A stretch of DNA of 18,687 nucleotides, from assembly GCA_964411615.1 (NCBI GenBank), contig CAYPLO010000013.1:1-18687 (forward strand), given 5' to 3'. The position numbers and the translations under genes were made by a program. Under the pieces are notes generated by a model that was not told the origin of the DNA, searched no databases, and saw only the letters and a program-made list of their open reading frames with translations. Shown here piece after piece: positions 7,737 to 16,954 of the stretch. This DNA comes from an uncultured Aquificales bacterium (GTDB taxonomy: Bacteria > Thermosulfidibacterota > Thermosulfidibacteria > Thermosulfidibacterales > Thermosulfidibacteraceae). Each line of letters begins with the position of its first letter. Position 1 is the first letter of the stretch.

Positions 7737-9036
7737 GTATGTTGTCGGGGTCTAAGCTGTTTTTTATACGCCTGTAGATGATTCTCTGGTGTGGGGGAAG
7801 CTGGATACCTAAGTAAGGCTTTTTGGAGAGACCTATACCGTGTTCGCCTGAGAGGACCCCTCCCAGCGATACGGTGAGCAGGAAGACCTCCTTTGTGGCT
7901 TGAAGGGCCCTTTCCCACAGTTTGGGGTCCTCTCTGTCTGTCATGATGTTCACATGGATGTTTCCGTCTCCCGCATGGCCAAAGCTCACTATGGGTATGC
8001 CGTGCTTTTCTGATATCTTTCTGAAGCCTGAGAGGGCTTCGGCGAGTTTTGACACGGGAACGGTTATGTCTTCGTTTATCTTTGTGGGGGCTATGTTCAT
8101 CAGAGATGGAGAGATGGCCCTTCTTATCCTCCATATCCTCTGGGATTCCTCTTCTGTTTGGGCTATCTTTACCTGAGCCTTGAATCTTCTTGCTATCTCT
8201 TTAATCTTCTTGACTGTATCCTTTGTTTCCCTCTCTGTTCCTTCGGCTTCGGCAAGCAATACTGCTTCCGTCTTCTGAGGGAGGTCAATCTTACCGTACT
8301 TTTTAACACAGGTTATGCTCGTTGTATCCATGATTTCTAAAGCTGACGGTAGGGGCCTGATGCGCAGAAGCTCCACCACTGCTTCTCCTGCCTTCTCAAG
8401 GCTTCTGAATACGATTAGTATGGTGCTTTTCGCTTCGGGCTTTGGTACAAGTTTAAGAAGCACTTTAGTGATTACGCCGAGGGTGCCTTCTGAGCCCACA
8501 AATAGGGGGACAAGATTCAGACCCACCACTTTTTTACGCACCCTCTCCAGCTCTTCGTATATCTCGCCTGTGCCGAGGACCACCTGAAGCCCTGCTACAT
8601 AGTCTCCGGTGACACCGTACTTTACAGCCTTTGGACCACCTGCGTTGGTGGCCACATTCCCTCCTATGGTGCAGGACTCCAGAGATGACGGGTCTGGAGG
8701 GTAGGTCAGGCCGAATTTCTCAGCGGCTCTCTGAAGCTCTGCAGTTATCACTCCGGGCTCCACCAGGGCCACCATGTTCTTCGTGTCTATATCAAGTATT
8801 TTTTTCATCTTCTCTGTGCTGAGGACTATTCCTCCCTCAACAGGGATGCTTCCCCCCACAAATCCCGTTCCCGCCCCTCTCGGTATAAGAGGAATCTTCT
8901 TTGTACGGCAGTGGATTACAGCCTCCTTAACCTCTTCTGTGTCTATGGGGAAGACCACCCCTTCGGGGATGCACACAGAGCCCGTTGCGTCGTAGGAGTA
9001 TGCGTGCCTTACGGATGATTCTCTGATAACCTTCAC
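7714..9036 (-). CDS. glcD: FAD-linked oxidase, glycolate/D-lactate dehydrogenase GlcD-like subunit
   Basis: YSYDAT, PRGAGTG, EPGVIT, YPPDPSS, TIGGNVATNAGG...VKYGVT, GSEGTLGVIT, EDITVP, GHAGDGNIH, SGEHGIG and LDPDNILNPGK. GAGAGGT lies upstream of the GTG start. Substrate not determinable from sequence. Confidence 0.88.
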   Translation of the reverse strand: MKVIRESSVRHAYSYDATGSVCIPEGVVFPIDTEEVKEAVIHCRTKKIPLIPRGAGTGFVGGSIPVEGGIVLSTEKMKKILDIDTKNMVALVEPGVITAELQRAAEKFGLTYPPDPSSLESCTIGGNVATNAGGPKAVKYGVTGDYVAGLQVVLGTGEIYEELERVRKKVVGLNLVPLFVGSEGTLGVITKVLLKLVPKPEAKSTILIVFRSLEKAGEAVVELLRIRPLPSALEIMDTTSITCVKKYGKIDLPQKTEAVLLAEAEGTERETKDTVKKIKEIARRFKAQVKIAQTEEESQRIWRIRRAISPSLMNIAPTKINEDITVPVSKLAEALSGFRKISEKHGIPIVSFGHAGDGNIHVNIMTDREDPKLWERALQATKEVFLLTVSLGGVLSGEHGIGLSKKPYLGIQLPPHQRIIYRRIKNSLDPDNILNPGKKL

Positions 9037-9056
9037 GGTGGACCTCTCTCATAAGA

Positions 9057-9071
9057 TTGACACTGTGTCAA
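9057..9071. promoter_or_regulatory. Perfect 7-1-7 inverted repeat in the divergent glcD/glcF spacer; candidate operator
   Basis: TTGACAC-T-GTGTCAA sits centrally in the 56-bp spacer between two divergent start codons. Confidence 0.55.
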
Positions 9072-9092
9072 GTTCCTAATATTGGCTGGGTC

Positions 9093-10064
9093 ATGTTTGA
9101 GGGAAGGTGTGTGAAGTGTGGCAAGTGCAAGGGCGTGTGCCCCACCTACAGGTCCACTTTAAGGGAGGATATGTCCCCCAGGGGCCGGGTCCATCTGGCT
9201 GAGCTTGTTGAGAGGGGAGAGCTGGAGCCTGAAGATGTTTCTCAGGCCTTTACGAGCTGTCTCCTCTGCATGGCCTGCGAGGAGGTGTGTCCCCAATTTG
9301 TAGATGTTACCTCCCGTGTGGAGAGGGTGAGGAGAAGCCTTCACAGCTTCTCCTCAAAGGCTATGGAAGGTGCGCTGGGGGTGGCAGAGAACTTTGTCAA
9401 CAGAAGAAGTATGAGGGTTGGCTCCTCCGAGAAGGGGTGCGCTGTCTTTGTTGGGTGCGTTGTGGGAAGCGCCATGCCACAGCTTCTTGATAGGCTGGTG
9501 GAGGTTCTTGTGAGACTGGGATACTCTGTGGATGTGCCTGAGGGGCAGGTCTGTTGCGGGCATCCCTTTGAGGCTTTGGGGGTGGATGGTGCCCACCAGA
9601 GGATAGAGCATAACAAAAAGTTATTTTCAAAGTATCCTGAGGTAATAACTCTGTGCTCCACCTGTGCTTCATATCTTAAGAGACGTTATGGTCTCAGGGT
9701 CAGAGACTTTGCAGAGGTTTTCGCCTCCTTCAGCTTTGCCCTTGATGTGAGGAATGCCGACAGAGTGGCCTTTCATGTGCCTTGCCATCTCAAGAGGGGG
9801 CAGGGTGTTGACATAGGGAGGGTCCTTGAAGAGGCGGGGATTAGTGTGCTTTCTGAAGAGTGCTGTGGCTTTGGGGGGGTAACCTCCATCCTTCATCCGG
9901 AGCTCTCCGTTGAGGTGGGAAGGAGGAGGCTGGAAGAGGCGGTTGCACTGGGAAAGGATACTGTGGTTACGGTATGTCCCGCTTGTATGATGCAGTTGAG
10001 GAGGGTGGCTGTTTCTCAGGGCTTTCCCGTTAAGGTTAGGCATCTGGTTGAGGTTGTTGAGTGA
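9093..10064 (+). CDS. glcF: GlcF-like (Fe-S)-binding protein: two 4Fe-4S motifs plus two CCG domains
   Basis: CVKCGKCKGVCP, SPRGRV, CLLCMACEEVCP, FVGC, QVCCGHP, CSTC, FHVPCHL, CCGFGG and CPACMMQL. ATG 9093 is preferred because the TTG at 9057 lies inside the palindrome. Confidence 0.8.
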   Translation: MFEGRCVKCGKCKGVCPTYRSTLREDMSPRGRVHLAELVERGELEPEDVSQAFTSCLLCMACEEVCPQFVDVTSRVERVRRSLHSFSSKAMEGALGVAENFVNRRSMRVGSSEKGCAVFVGCVVGSAMPQLLDRLVEVLVRLGYSVDVPEGQVCCGHPFEALGVDGAHQRIEHNKKLFSKYPEVITLCSTCASYLKRRYGLRVRDFAEVFASFSFALDVRNADRVAFHVPCHLKRGQGVDIGRVLEEAGISVLSEECCGFGGVTSILHPELSVEVGRRRLEEAVALGKDTVVTVCPACMMQLRRVAVSQGFPVKVRHLVEVVE

Positions 10065-10065
10065 C

Positions 10066-10094
10066 TTGACCTGTCTGTCCTTTTGATGTAAAGC
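10066..10094 (+). promoter_or_regulatory. Possible sigma70 promoter for the rpmB operon
   Basis: TTGACC (10066-10071), 17 bp, then TAAAGC (10089-10094). The -10 match is weak. Strong SD GGAGGTG at 10112-10118. Confidence 0.4.
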
Positions 10095-10123
10095 TCCTAA
10101 GCCACTTTCGGGGAGGTGCTTCC

Positions 10124-10318
10124 ATGGCGAGAAGGTGCGAGATATGTGGCAAGCAGACGGTCTTCGGCCACAGGATAAGCCACGCCCATAATGTGAGTAG
10201 CAGGAAGTTCTATCCCAATATACAGAAGGTTAAGGTTCGTCTGCCCAACGGGCAGGTTAAGAGGATAAAGGTCTGCACCAAGTGCCTGAAGGCGGGCAAG
10301 GTAGAGAAGGTGGTGTAA
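10124..10318 (+). CDS. rpmB: 50S ribosomal protein L28
   Basis: MARRCEICGK...GHRISHAHN.S.R.F.PNIQ...RIKVCTKCLK; four-Cys form; strong SD. Confidence 0.97.
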   Translation: MARRCEICGKQTVFGHRISHAHNVSSRKFYPNIQKVKVRLPNGQVKRIKVCTKCLKAGKVEKVV

Positions 10319-12765
10319 AGCCTCGCCTTATAAAGATAAAGGCGTCTGCGGGCTCTGGTAAGACCAGGGCCCTGTCTATCAGATACATTTCTCTGCTTTC
10401 TCAGCTATCCTCAAGGGGTGAGTTCTCTCCGGAGGCCCTTGGCAGTATAGTTGCCATAACCTTCACCAATAAAGCCGCCGCCGAGATGAAGGAGAGGATT
10501 CTCACCATGCTTAAGGAGGCGGCGCTGGGTTGCTGTTCCGATGATGTGCCTGTTGATGCGCAGGATGCGGACAGGTGGGTCTCCTGCATAATAGAGGGCT
10601 ACTCCTGGTTTCAGGTCAGAACCATTGACAGCCTGCTCTTCACCTTCCTGAGGGCTTTGTCCTTTGAGCTGGACATAGCGGAGAGCACGGAGGTTGTCTT
10701 TGATAAAGAGTATCTATTTAATCTGGCCTTTGACAGGTTCATAGACGATTTTCACAAGTACAGGTCTATTCTAGAGAAGGCGCTGAGAAACTACCTTGAG
10801 ATGGACAGGAAGGGCGGTTTCTATCCAGAGAAGGGGCTGAGAAAAAGGCTCTTTGAGCTTTTTGATACTATGGGAATGGCCAAGGTGAGGAGCTGGAACG
10901 GAAAGGTGGATGTAGAGGCTGTAGAAGAGAGCTTTCACAGGGCTTTGAAGGAGTTTGCAGATGCCCTGGAACCCTACATAGATGTACTGAAGAAGGACTT
11001 TTACAGGCTTGTGTTTGTAAAGGCCGATATAGATAGCTTTCTTAAGAGCAAGCTTGTGGGCAGGGAGTTGTCTTCCCTCTTCAAAAAGGGAAGCCTTGAG
11101 AAGGTGCCTTCTCTGGAGAGGGAGAGACTGGAAAATCTCTACAGTGGACTTCTGGACTCTATTGGTCGTTACAAAGATGAGCTTGCCAAGCTCTGCTATG
11201 CGAGGGCAAGCGGGTATGCTGAGGTGCTTAATCTTCTGGTGGACGTGTTTGGTGAGGTTGCCGAAGAGCTTGGAGTTGTGGCAGGGGGTGAGCACTGGAC
11301 CCACGTTGTGGGGGAGAAGCTGAGGGAAGAGGGAGTGGTTCCCTTGGTTTACGCTTACCTTGGCTCAAGGTTCCTTCACTTCCTCTTTGATGAGTTTCAG
11401 GATACCTCCAGAGGGCAGCTCGACACCTTGAGGCCTGTGCTTGACGATTTGGCGGCCAAAGGAGGAACGCTATTCTTCGTTGGAGACCCGAAGCAGGCCA
11501 TATACGGGTGGCGCGGCGGGGACTGGAGGCTCTTTGATGAGCTCCACTTTGAGTCCATAGGTGCAGATGAGGTTAAAGAGATTTACCTTGATGTGAACTA
11601 CCGTTCTGTTAGGGGGCTTGTGGAGTTCTTCAACAGGACCTTCTCCCGGCTTTCCCATTTTCAGAATGTGAGTGGCTTTTTGAGACAAAGATACGGGTTC
11701 TCCCAAGAGGTTGCAGATGAACTCGCCAGGGATGTCTCTGTTATATTCTCAAATGTGGAACAGAAGGCCTTTGTTGATGGGGATGGGGAGCTTCTGATTT
11801 ACAGCTGCTCGGGTTCCTCCGATGAGCTGGATGAGAAGGTGGCTGGCAGGCTTGTGAAGCTGGTTAAGGAGAGATGGGAAGGGCGCAAAAAGGAGGAGAC
11901 CTTCGCTGTTCTCGTGAGGAGAAGAGACGATGCGGTGAAGGTGTCCCAGTGGCTGCTATCCTCGGGCATTCCTGTGGTTACTGAGAGGTCCCTTAGCTTG
12001 GGGGTTTCTCCCACCGTCAGGGGGCTTGTGGCCTTTCTTAAATACGTCCATTCCGGAAGTGACGTGGCCCTTTACGGGCTTCTCTCCTCAGGTGTTCTTC
12101 CCCCTGATAGAGAAAGCCCTGGACTCAACTGGAGGCTGGCTAAGGAGAAAGTTGACAGATTGATTGGGGAGGTGGAGGGGTGGAGTTCTAAGAACTCCCC
12201 CTACGAGCTGGTTGTGGCCTTTATGGACAGGGTTGGACTGTGGGATAGGCTGGATAATGGGGACCTGCGCCATGAGAGTCCCTTTGTGGAGAGGTTCCTT
12301 GAGGGGCTTTACACGTTCACCATCAATGAGGGTCCCTTTCTGGGGAGATTCCTGGACTTCATGGAGGAGAGGGGCTGGGAGATTGGGGTTGGTCTGCCCG
12401 AAGGTGTTGATGCAGTCAACGTTATGACCATTCACAAGGCCAAGGGGTTACAGTTTGACAGGGTATTTATACCTTTCACCAACTGGACGGTGGTAGATTC
12501 AACCCCCATTGTGATTGATGGTGAGGGCCACCTTGTGGTTCTTGGGAGCGAGTCAAAATACAGTGAGCATCTGAGCAGAATGAGGGAGATGGAGTGGGGT
12601 AAGGTTCTCCTTGAGAATCTCAACCTGTTCTATGTGGCGGTAACCAGGGCGAGAAGGGGGCTTTACCTTTTTATCACCCATCCAGAGAAGGGCCAGAGAA
12701 AGCCCATATCTTACTGGGTGGAGGAGCTGATTAGAGGAGCGGGAGTGGAAGTTGAAGAATGTTAA
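10282..12765 (+). CDS. addA: AddA/RecB-like SF1 (UvrD-family) helicase lacking the C-terminal nuclease domain (start uncertain)
   Basis: ASAGSGKT (Walker A), ITFTNKAAAEMKERI, TIDS, DEFQDTS, VGDPKQAIYGWRG, NYRS, MTIHKAKGLQF and LFYVAVTRAR. The ORF ends shortly after motif VI; the gene lies upstream of addB. Confidence 0.85.
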   Translation: MPEGGQGREGGVKPRLIKIKASAGSGKTRALSIRYISLLSQLSSRGEFSPEALGSIVAITFTNKAAAEMKERILTMLKEAALGCCSDDVPVDAQDADRWVSCIIEGYSWFQVRTIDSLLFTFLRALSFELDIAESTEVVFDKEYLFNLAFDRFIDDFHKYRSILEKALRNYLEMDRKGGFYPEKGLRKRLFELFDTMGMAKVRSWNGKVDVEAVEESFHRALKEFADALEPYIDVLKKDFYRLVFVKADIDSFLKSKLVGRELSSLFKKGSLEKVPSLERERLENLYSGLLDSIGRYKDELAKLCYARASGYAEVLNLLVDVFGEVAEELGVVAGGEHWTHVVGEKLREEGVVPLVYAYLGSRFLHFLFDEFQDTSRGQLDTLRPVLDDLAAKGGTLFFVGDPKQAIYGWRGGDWRLFDELHFESIGADEVKEIYLDVNYRSVRGLVEFFNRTFSRLSHFQNVSGFLRQRYGFSQEVADELARDVSVIFSNVEQKAFVDGDGELLIYSCSGSSDELDEKVAGRLVKLVKERWEGRKKEETFAVLVRRRDDAVKVSQWLLSSGIPVVTERSLSLGVSPTVRGLVAFLKYVHSGSDVALYGLLSSGVLPPDRESPGLNWRLAKEKVDRLIGEVEGWSSKNSPYELVVAFMDRVGLWDRLDNGDLRHESPFVERFLEGLYTFTINEGPFLGRFLDFMEERGWEIGVGLPEGVDAVNVMTIHKAKGLQFDRVFIPFTNWTVVDSTPIVIDGEGHLVVLGSESKYSEHLSRMREMEWGKVLLENLNLFYVAVTRARRGLYLFITHPEKGQRKPISYWVEELIRGAGVEVEEC

Positions 12766-13285
12766 GACCACCATAGTTCACGGCTGGCTCCAGGAGGATG
12801 CGGATATAAGGGATGTGCAGTACTTCCTGAGGAGGGTTAGGGAGGGAACCATTCTGCACATAGCCCTTTCCCTTATAGAAAGGGCTCCCACACAGGATAA
12901 CATACGCAACTGCCTCAAGAAGGCCATTCTGCTCATGGGTGAGCGGCCCGATGACTGGGACCTTCGGGCCCTTACAGCCAGGCTTGAGAGGGTGTTCAGT
13001 CTTCCAGAGGCCTCCCTCTTCTTTCCCTCTGAGCCAGGGGTAGAGGTGCACGCGGAGAGGGAGATTGCCTCGGAAGAAGGGGTGGTCAAGCCAGACAGGG
13101 TTGTGGTGTATCCGGAGAGGGCCATTGTGGTTGACTTCAAGATATCCAGACCCAACAGGCAGCGCTTGGAGGAATACGTGAAGCAAGTTAGAAACTACGT
13201 GTATGTGGTCTCATCCGTGTTCGGGAAGGATACCCAGGGATACCTCCTCTTTCTCTACGATGCCCAGGTGGAGAGGGTGGTTTAG
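12752..13285 (+). CDS. Stand-alone RecB-family PD-(D/E)xK nuclease domain (equivalent to the AddA C-terminus)
   Basis: REGTILH, EREI, KPDRVV, VVDFK and QVRNY motifs; TTG start with GGGAG 6 nt upstream. Confidence 0.82.
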   Translation: MKNVKTTIVHGWLQEDADIRDVQYFLRRVREGTILHIALSLIERAPTQDNIRNCLKKAILLMGERPDDWDLRALTARLERVFSLPEASLFFPSEPGVEVHAEREIASEEGVVKPDRVVVYPERAIVVDFKISRPNRQRLEEYVKQVRNYVYVVSSVFGKDTQGYLLFLYDAQVERVV

Positions 13286-16012
13286 GTGGAAGGGCTTTAT
13301 ATCGTTCCGGTTGCCGATAACCTTCTGAGACGGTTGGCTGAGCAGATTATTCATGAAGGCGAACCTGAAAACAAAGTTCTGCTTTTTCCCCACAGAAGGG
13401 CCATAGCCTTCGCCAGGTACTATATGGCCAAGCTTATGAGAAAGCCATTTCTGCTTCCCCGGATGTTCTCCTTTAAGGACTGGGTGCACAGAGTCTACGT
13501 TGATACCTGTGATAACCCACTTCCTGTGGCCTCTGAGTGGGAGCTCTCCTGGATGGCCTACAGGGCAGCGGAGGAGGTTTTGGGTTCCTCCAAGGTTCCA
13601 TCGTGGGGGGACTTTCTCGGATGGAGCCTCAGGATGGTGGGGCTCTTTAAGGAGCTGGACGAGGAGCTCGTCTCTGTTGAGAACATAGAGTACCCCTCGG
13701 ACACCCTTCCCGACAGGGCGAAGGCCATACTTGAGAGGATAGGGGATATATACGGTAAGTACAGGGAGATACTTGAGCGCAACGGCTACACCACCCACTC
13801 TGCCATTCTGCGCTGGCTGGCCCAGGAGGGTAGGGTTCCCGCATCGGATAACACGCATGTGGTTGGTTTCTTTGCCCTTACAAGGGCAGAGGCCCATATC
13901 TTTCGCAAGATGTACGAGAAGGGGGCCTCCTTCTGGTGGCACGCTGACCCCGACAATCTTCCCAGGATATACAGGAGGTGGTTCAGGGGGGAGGATACCG
14001 AGGACAGGTGGGTCTTTCCATCAGAGCTTGAGAAGATTCCCGACGAGGATGTTGATAAGGTATGTTCCGAGCCTGAGATTCATCTTTTTGAGGCCAACAG
14101 CCTACATATGGAGGTGGATGAGTTATTCAGAAGACTGAAAGGGTTGAAGGTAGAGGAGCCTGATGAAGTGGCAGTGGTTCTACTCTCCCCCGATGCCTTA
14201 GTGCCTGTGGTTATGAGGCTTCCCGACAGCGTTGAGGCCAATGTGAGCTTGGGATACCCGCTGAAACATACGGGACTCTTCTCCTTCCTGAAAGCCATTG
14301 AGAGTCTCCTTGAGTCCAAGAGGGAGGGCAGATACAGGGTGTCGGAGGTTGTGGAGCTGTTGAGATACCCCTATATGGGGGATAACAGGAGTGTTGTGGA
14401 GGAACTGCTGAAGAGGGGAAGTCCCTACATTGAGAGGCTTCCTTCACCCCTTGATGGAATTTTAGCCCCCTTTGAGTCTGCCAGAACACCAGGTGCCTTC
14501 TCCAGGGCCATGGAAGGGCTTTTTGACTGGCTGCTTAAACACGGAAGGTTGAGCATCGTTGAGAAGGGCTTTCTGGCCAGGATGGTGGAGACGGTGCTGC
14601 TTCCCATGAGAAGTCCGCTGATAAGGGATTGCCAGATGCAGGTGTCATCCCTGTTTAGGATGGTTGAGGGCATGGCCTCAAGAACCACCCTCCCCTTTGA
14701 GGGGGAGCCCCTCACTGGATTGCAGATACTGGGGATACTTGAGACAAGACTTCTCTCCTTCAAAAGGCTCTTCGTGCTTGATGCCAACGACGATGTTATA
14801 CCCGGAGTGGAGGAGGTGAATCCCCTTTTACCTGCCGATGTGAGGAAGGTTCTTGGGCTTCCCGAAAGGGAGAGGAGGGAGGCTATAGCCAAGTACCACT
14901 TTGAGAGGCTGGTGGGCTCTGCCAAGGAAGTGCACATCTTCTGGCAGAATAAGGTATCTCCAGACAGACTGGGCATTGAGTCCAAAAAGGTGAGAAGCCG
15001 CTTCGTTGACGCCATAGTATGGCGCAGAGAAAAGAAGGCAGGCGGGTTGCTTCCAGACATAGTCTCACGAAGGGAACTACGTATAGATGCCGGCAAGCTT
15101 CTGGACGTTGACTTTCCTGAAAAGAGGGATGAGGAGAGGGAGGTTCTTCTTGAGAGACTGAAGAGCCCCGTATCGCCCACTTTCATTGACAGCTACATAA
15201 GATGCCCTCTCTCCTTCTACTACAGTCAGGTCCTCGGTCTTGAGGACACAAAGGTTCCGGCTGAAGTTGAACCCTCCTTGGTGGGTGAGGCCCTCCATAA
15301 GGCTCTTGAGGAGTACTACAGTAGGTTTCTGGGTAGAGAGGTTTCCAGGGACCATCTGAACGCCGAAGAGATCTTTGGTATATTCAAGAGGTTGCTCAAG
15401 GCCAGCGACCACTTTCGTCATCTGCACGAGGCCAGGGAGTTCATACTTCTTGAGACTGCTAAATTCAGGATAGAGAGGTTTGTGAAGGGGCAACCAGATA
15501 AGGTGAAGGTTGTAGGAGTTGAGAGGGAACTTGCTGGCAGTGTGGAGGTTGATGGGCTGGGCGTTGTGACTTTCAAGGGGGTGGCGGACAGGATAGACGA
15601 CAGGGGCCACTACTATGCCGTAGTTGACTACAAGACCGGATACTTTCCAAAGTTAAGGTGGAGTACGGTGAAGAGCAAAGTATCTCCGAAGAATGGGGAC
15701 ATTGTTCAGCTTGTTAGGAGGTATCTTCCCAGCGTCCAGCTTCCCCTATACGCTCATCTCTGGGGCAGGGTGTGCGATGATAGACCGGCGGTGGGGGTAT
15801 ACGTGGATTTGAGGAAGGACGGCGTAGAGGAGATGTTTCCCGATAATGAAAGGTTTCTTGAAGACTATAGGCTCTGGCTCAATGATGAGTTTATCTCAAT
15901 TGTTGGACTCATACTGAATGAGATGGTCTATGGCAAGCACTGGGTGCCGGTTAGCGACGCCAAAATATGCGGTTACTGTTCCTTCAGAGGTATATGCAGA
16001 TTCTCCGTTTAG
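13286..16012 (+). CDS. addB: AddB-like protein: inactive helicase scaffold plus PD-(D/E)xK nuclease with 4Fe-4S staple
   Basis: LLFPHRRA, GLQILGILETR, SPTFIDSYIRCP, GEALHKALE, GVADRID, VVDYKTG, QLPLY and C-terminal CGYCSFRGIC. No intact Walker A. Confidence 0.85.
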   Translation: MEGLYIVPVADNLLRRLAEQIIHEGEPENKVLLFPHRRAIAFARYYMAKLMRKPFLLPRMFSFKDWVHRVYVDTCDNPLPVASEWELSWMAYRAAEEVLGSSKVPSWGDFLGWSLRMVGLFKELDEELVSVENIEYPSDTLPDRAKAILERIGDIYGKYREILERNGYTTHSAILRWLAQEGRVPASDNTHVVGFFALTRAEAHIFRKMYEKGASFWWHADPDNLPRIYRRWFRGEDTEDRWVFPSELEKIPDEDVDKVCSEPEIHLFEANSLHMEVDELFRRLKGLKVEEPDEVAVVLLSPDALVPVVMRLPDSVEANVSLGYPLKHTGLFSFLKAIESLLESKREGRYRVSEVVELLRYPYMGDNRSVVEELLKRGSPYIERLPSPLDGILAPFESARTPGAFSRAMEGLFDWLLKHGRLSIVEKGFLARMVETVLLPMRSPLIRDCQMQVSSLFRMVEGMASRTTLPFEGEPLTGLQILGILETRLLSFKRLFVLDANDDVIPGVEEVNPLLPADVRKVLGLPERERREAIAKYHFERLVGSAKEVHIFWQNKVSPDRLGIESKKVRSRFVDAIVWRREKKAGGLLPDIVSRRELRIDAGKLLDVDFPEKRDEEREVLLERLKSPVSPTFIDSYIRCPLSFYYSQVLGLEDTKVPAEVEPSLVGEALHKALEEYYSRFLGREVSRDHLNAEEIFGIFKRLLKASDHFRHLHEAREFILLETAKFRIERFVKGQPDKVKVVGVERELAGSVEVDGLGVVTFKGVADRIDDRGHYYAVVDYKTGYFPKLRWSTVKSKVSPKNGDIVQLVRRYLPSVQLPLYAHLWGRVCDDRPAVGVYVDLRKDGVEEMFPDNERFLEDYRLWLNDEFISIVGLILNEMVYGKHWVPVSDAKICGYCSFRGICRFSV

Positions 16013-16021
16013 GAGGGTGCG

Positions 16022-16954
16022 TTGAGGATAGCCAGCGTTGACATAGGCACCAACACCGTCAGGCTTCTGGTGGTGGAGGTTTATGACAGCGGTTCCTTTA
16101 AATGGCTGATGACGGATAGGGCAGTTGTGAGGCTTGGTGAGGGGCTTTCCCGGTCCAGAAGGCTCAGGCCTGAGGCCATGGAGAGGACCCTGAGGGTCCT
16201 TGAGAGATTCAAGGAGGAGTGCCGGAGTCTGAAAGTTGACAGAGTCATACCTATCGCCACCGCCGCTGTGAGGGAGGCCGAGAACGGAGACGAGTTTGTC
16301 AGGCTTGTGAGGGACAGGATTGGCTGGGATGTGAGGGTAATCTCCGGAGAAGAGGAGGCCTATTACACCTATCTTGGTGTGAAGAAGGGTCTTTCCCTGA
16401 ACAATCCCTTCTTGGTCTTTGATATAGGTGGAGGCAGCACCGAATATATATGCGCCTCCGATGGCCTAAATTACAGAAGCCTTGGGATGGGGGTTGTAAA
16501 GCTTACCGAGGAGTTCCTGGTATCGGACCCTCCTGTAGAGGGGGAGCTTGAAAGATTGAGGGAAGCTGTCAGGGGATTCCTCGGCACTCTTGATATGGAC
16601 AGGTGCAGGGGTGTTACCGTTGTTGGAACTGCAGGAACCCCCACCACCCTTGCAGCTCTTGATATGAGGCTTGCCGTTTACGACCCTGAGAAGGTTCACG
16701 GCTACAGGCTATCCCTTGAGAGACTCGAAAGCATGGAGAGGTGGCTCGTCTCAATGACCTCTTCTGAGAGACTTAGGCTGCCGGGTATGGAGAAGGGCAG
16801 GGAGGACCTGATAGTGGCGGGCACCGTTATAGTGGTGGAGACGTTGAAATTCTTTGGCTCCCGTGAGATGGTGGTTAGCGAGTGGGGAATAAGGGAAGGG
16901 GTGATAGTGGATGTCGTTGAGAGAGAAGGTAGAGGATTACAGGGCGCGGGTTAA
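16022..16954 (+). CDS. ppx: Ppx/GppA phosphatase (short form, no C-terminal HD domain)
   Basis: [59 protein letters not shown] and GIREG. SD AGGAGG at 16011-16016. Confidence 0.92.
   Translation: MRIASVDIGTNTVRLLVVEVYDSGSFKWLMTDRAVVRLGEGLSRSRRLRPEAMERTLRVLERFKEECRSLKVDRVIPIATAAVREAENGDEFVRLVRDRIGWDVRVISGEEEAYYTYLGVKKGLSLNNPFLVFDIGGGSTEYICASDGLNYRSLGMGVVKLTEEFLVSDPPVEGELERLREAVRGFLGTLDMDRCRGVTVVGTAGTPTTLAALDMRLAVYDPEKVHGYRLSLERLESMERWLVSMTSSERLRLPGMEKGREDLIVAGTVIVVETLKFFGSREMVVSEWGIREGVIVDVVEREGRGLQGAG

Noticed and set aside
13211..15610. Long antisense ORFs (243, 253 and 177 aa) opposite addB, plus many shorter alternate-frame ORFs across the window
   Set aside because: They lie within well-supported genes, carry no recognisable motifs and have the Ser/Pro/Leu-rich composition of shadow frames.
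12752..16012. Cas4-like or anti-phage helicase-nuclease interpretation of the PD-(D/E)xK genes
   Set aside because: No CRISPR array or cas genes are visible; motifs, sizes, gene order and housekeeping context fit AddAB.
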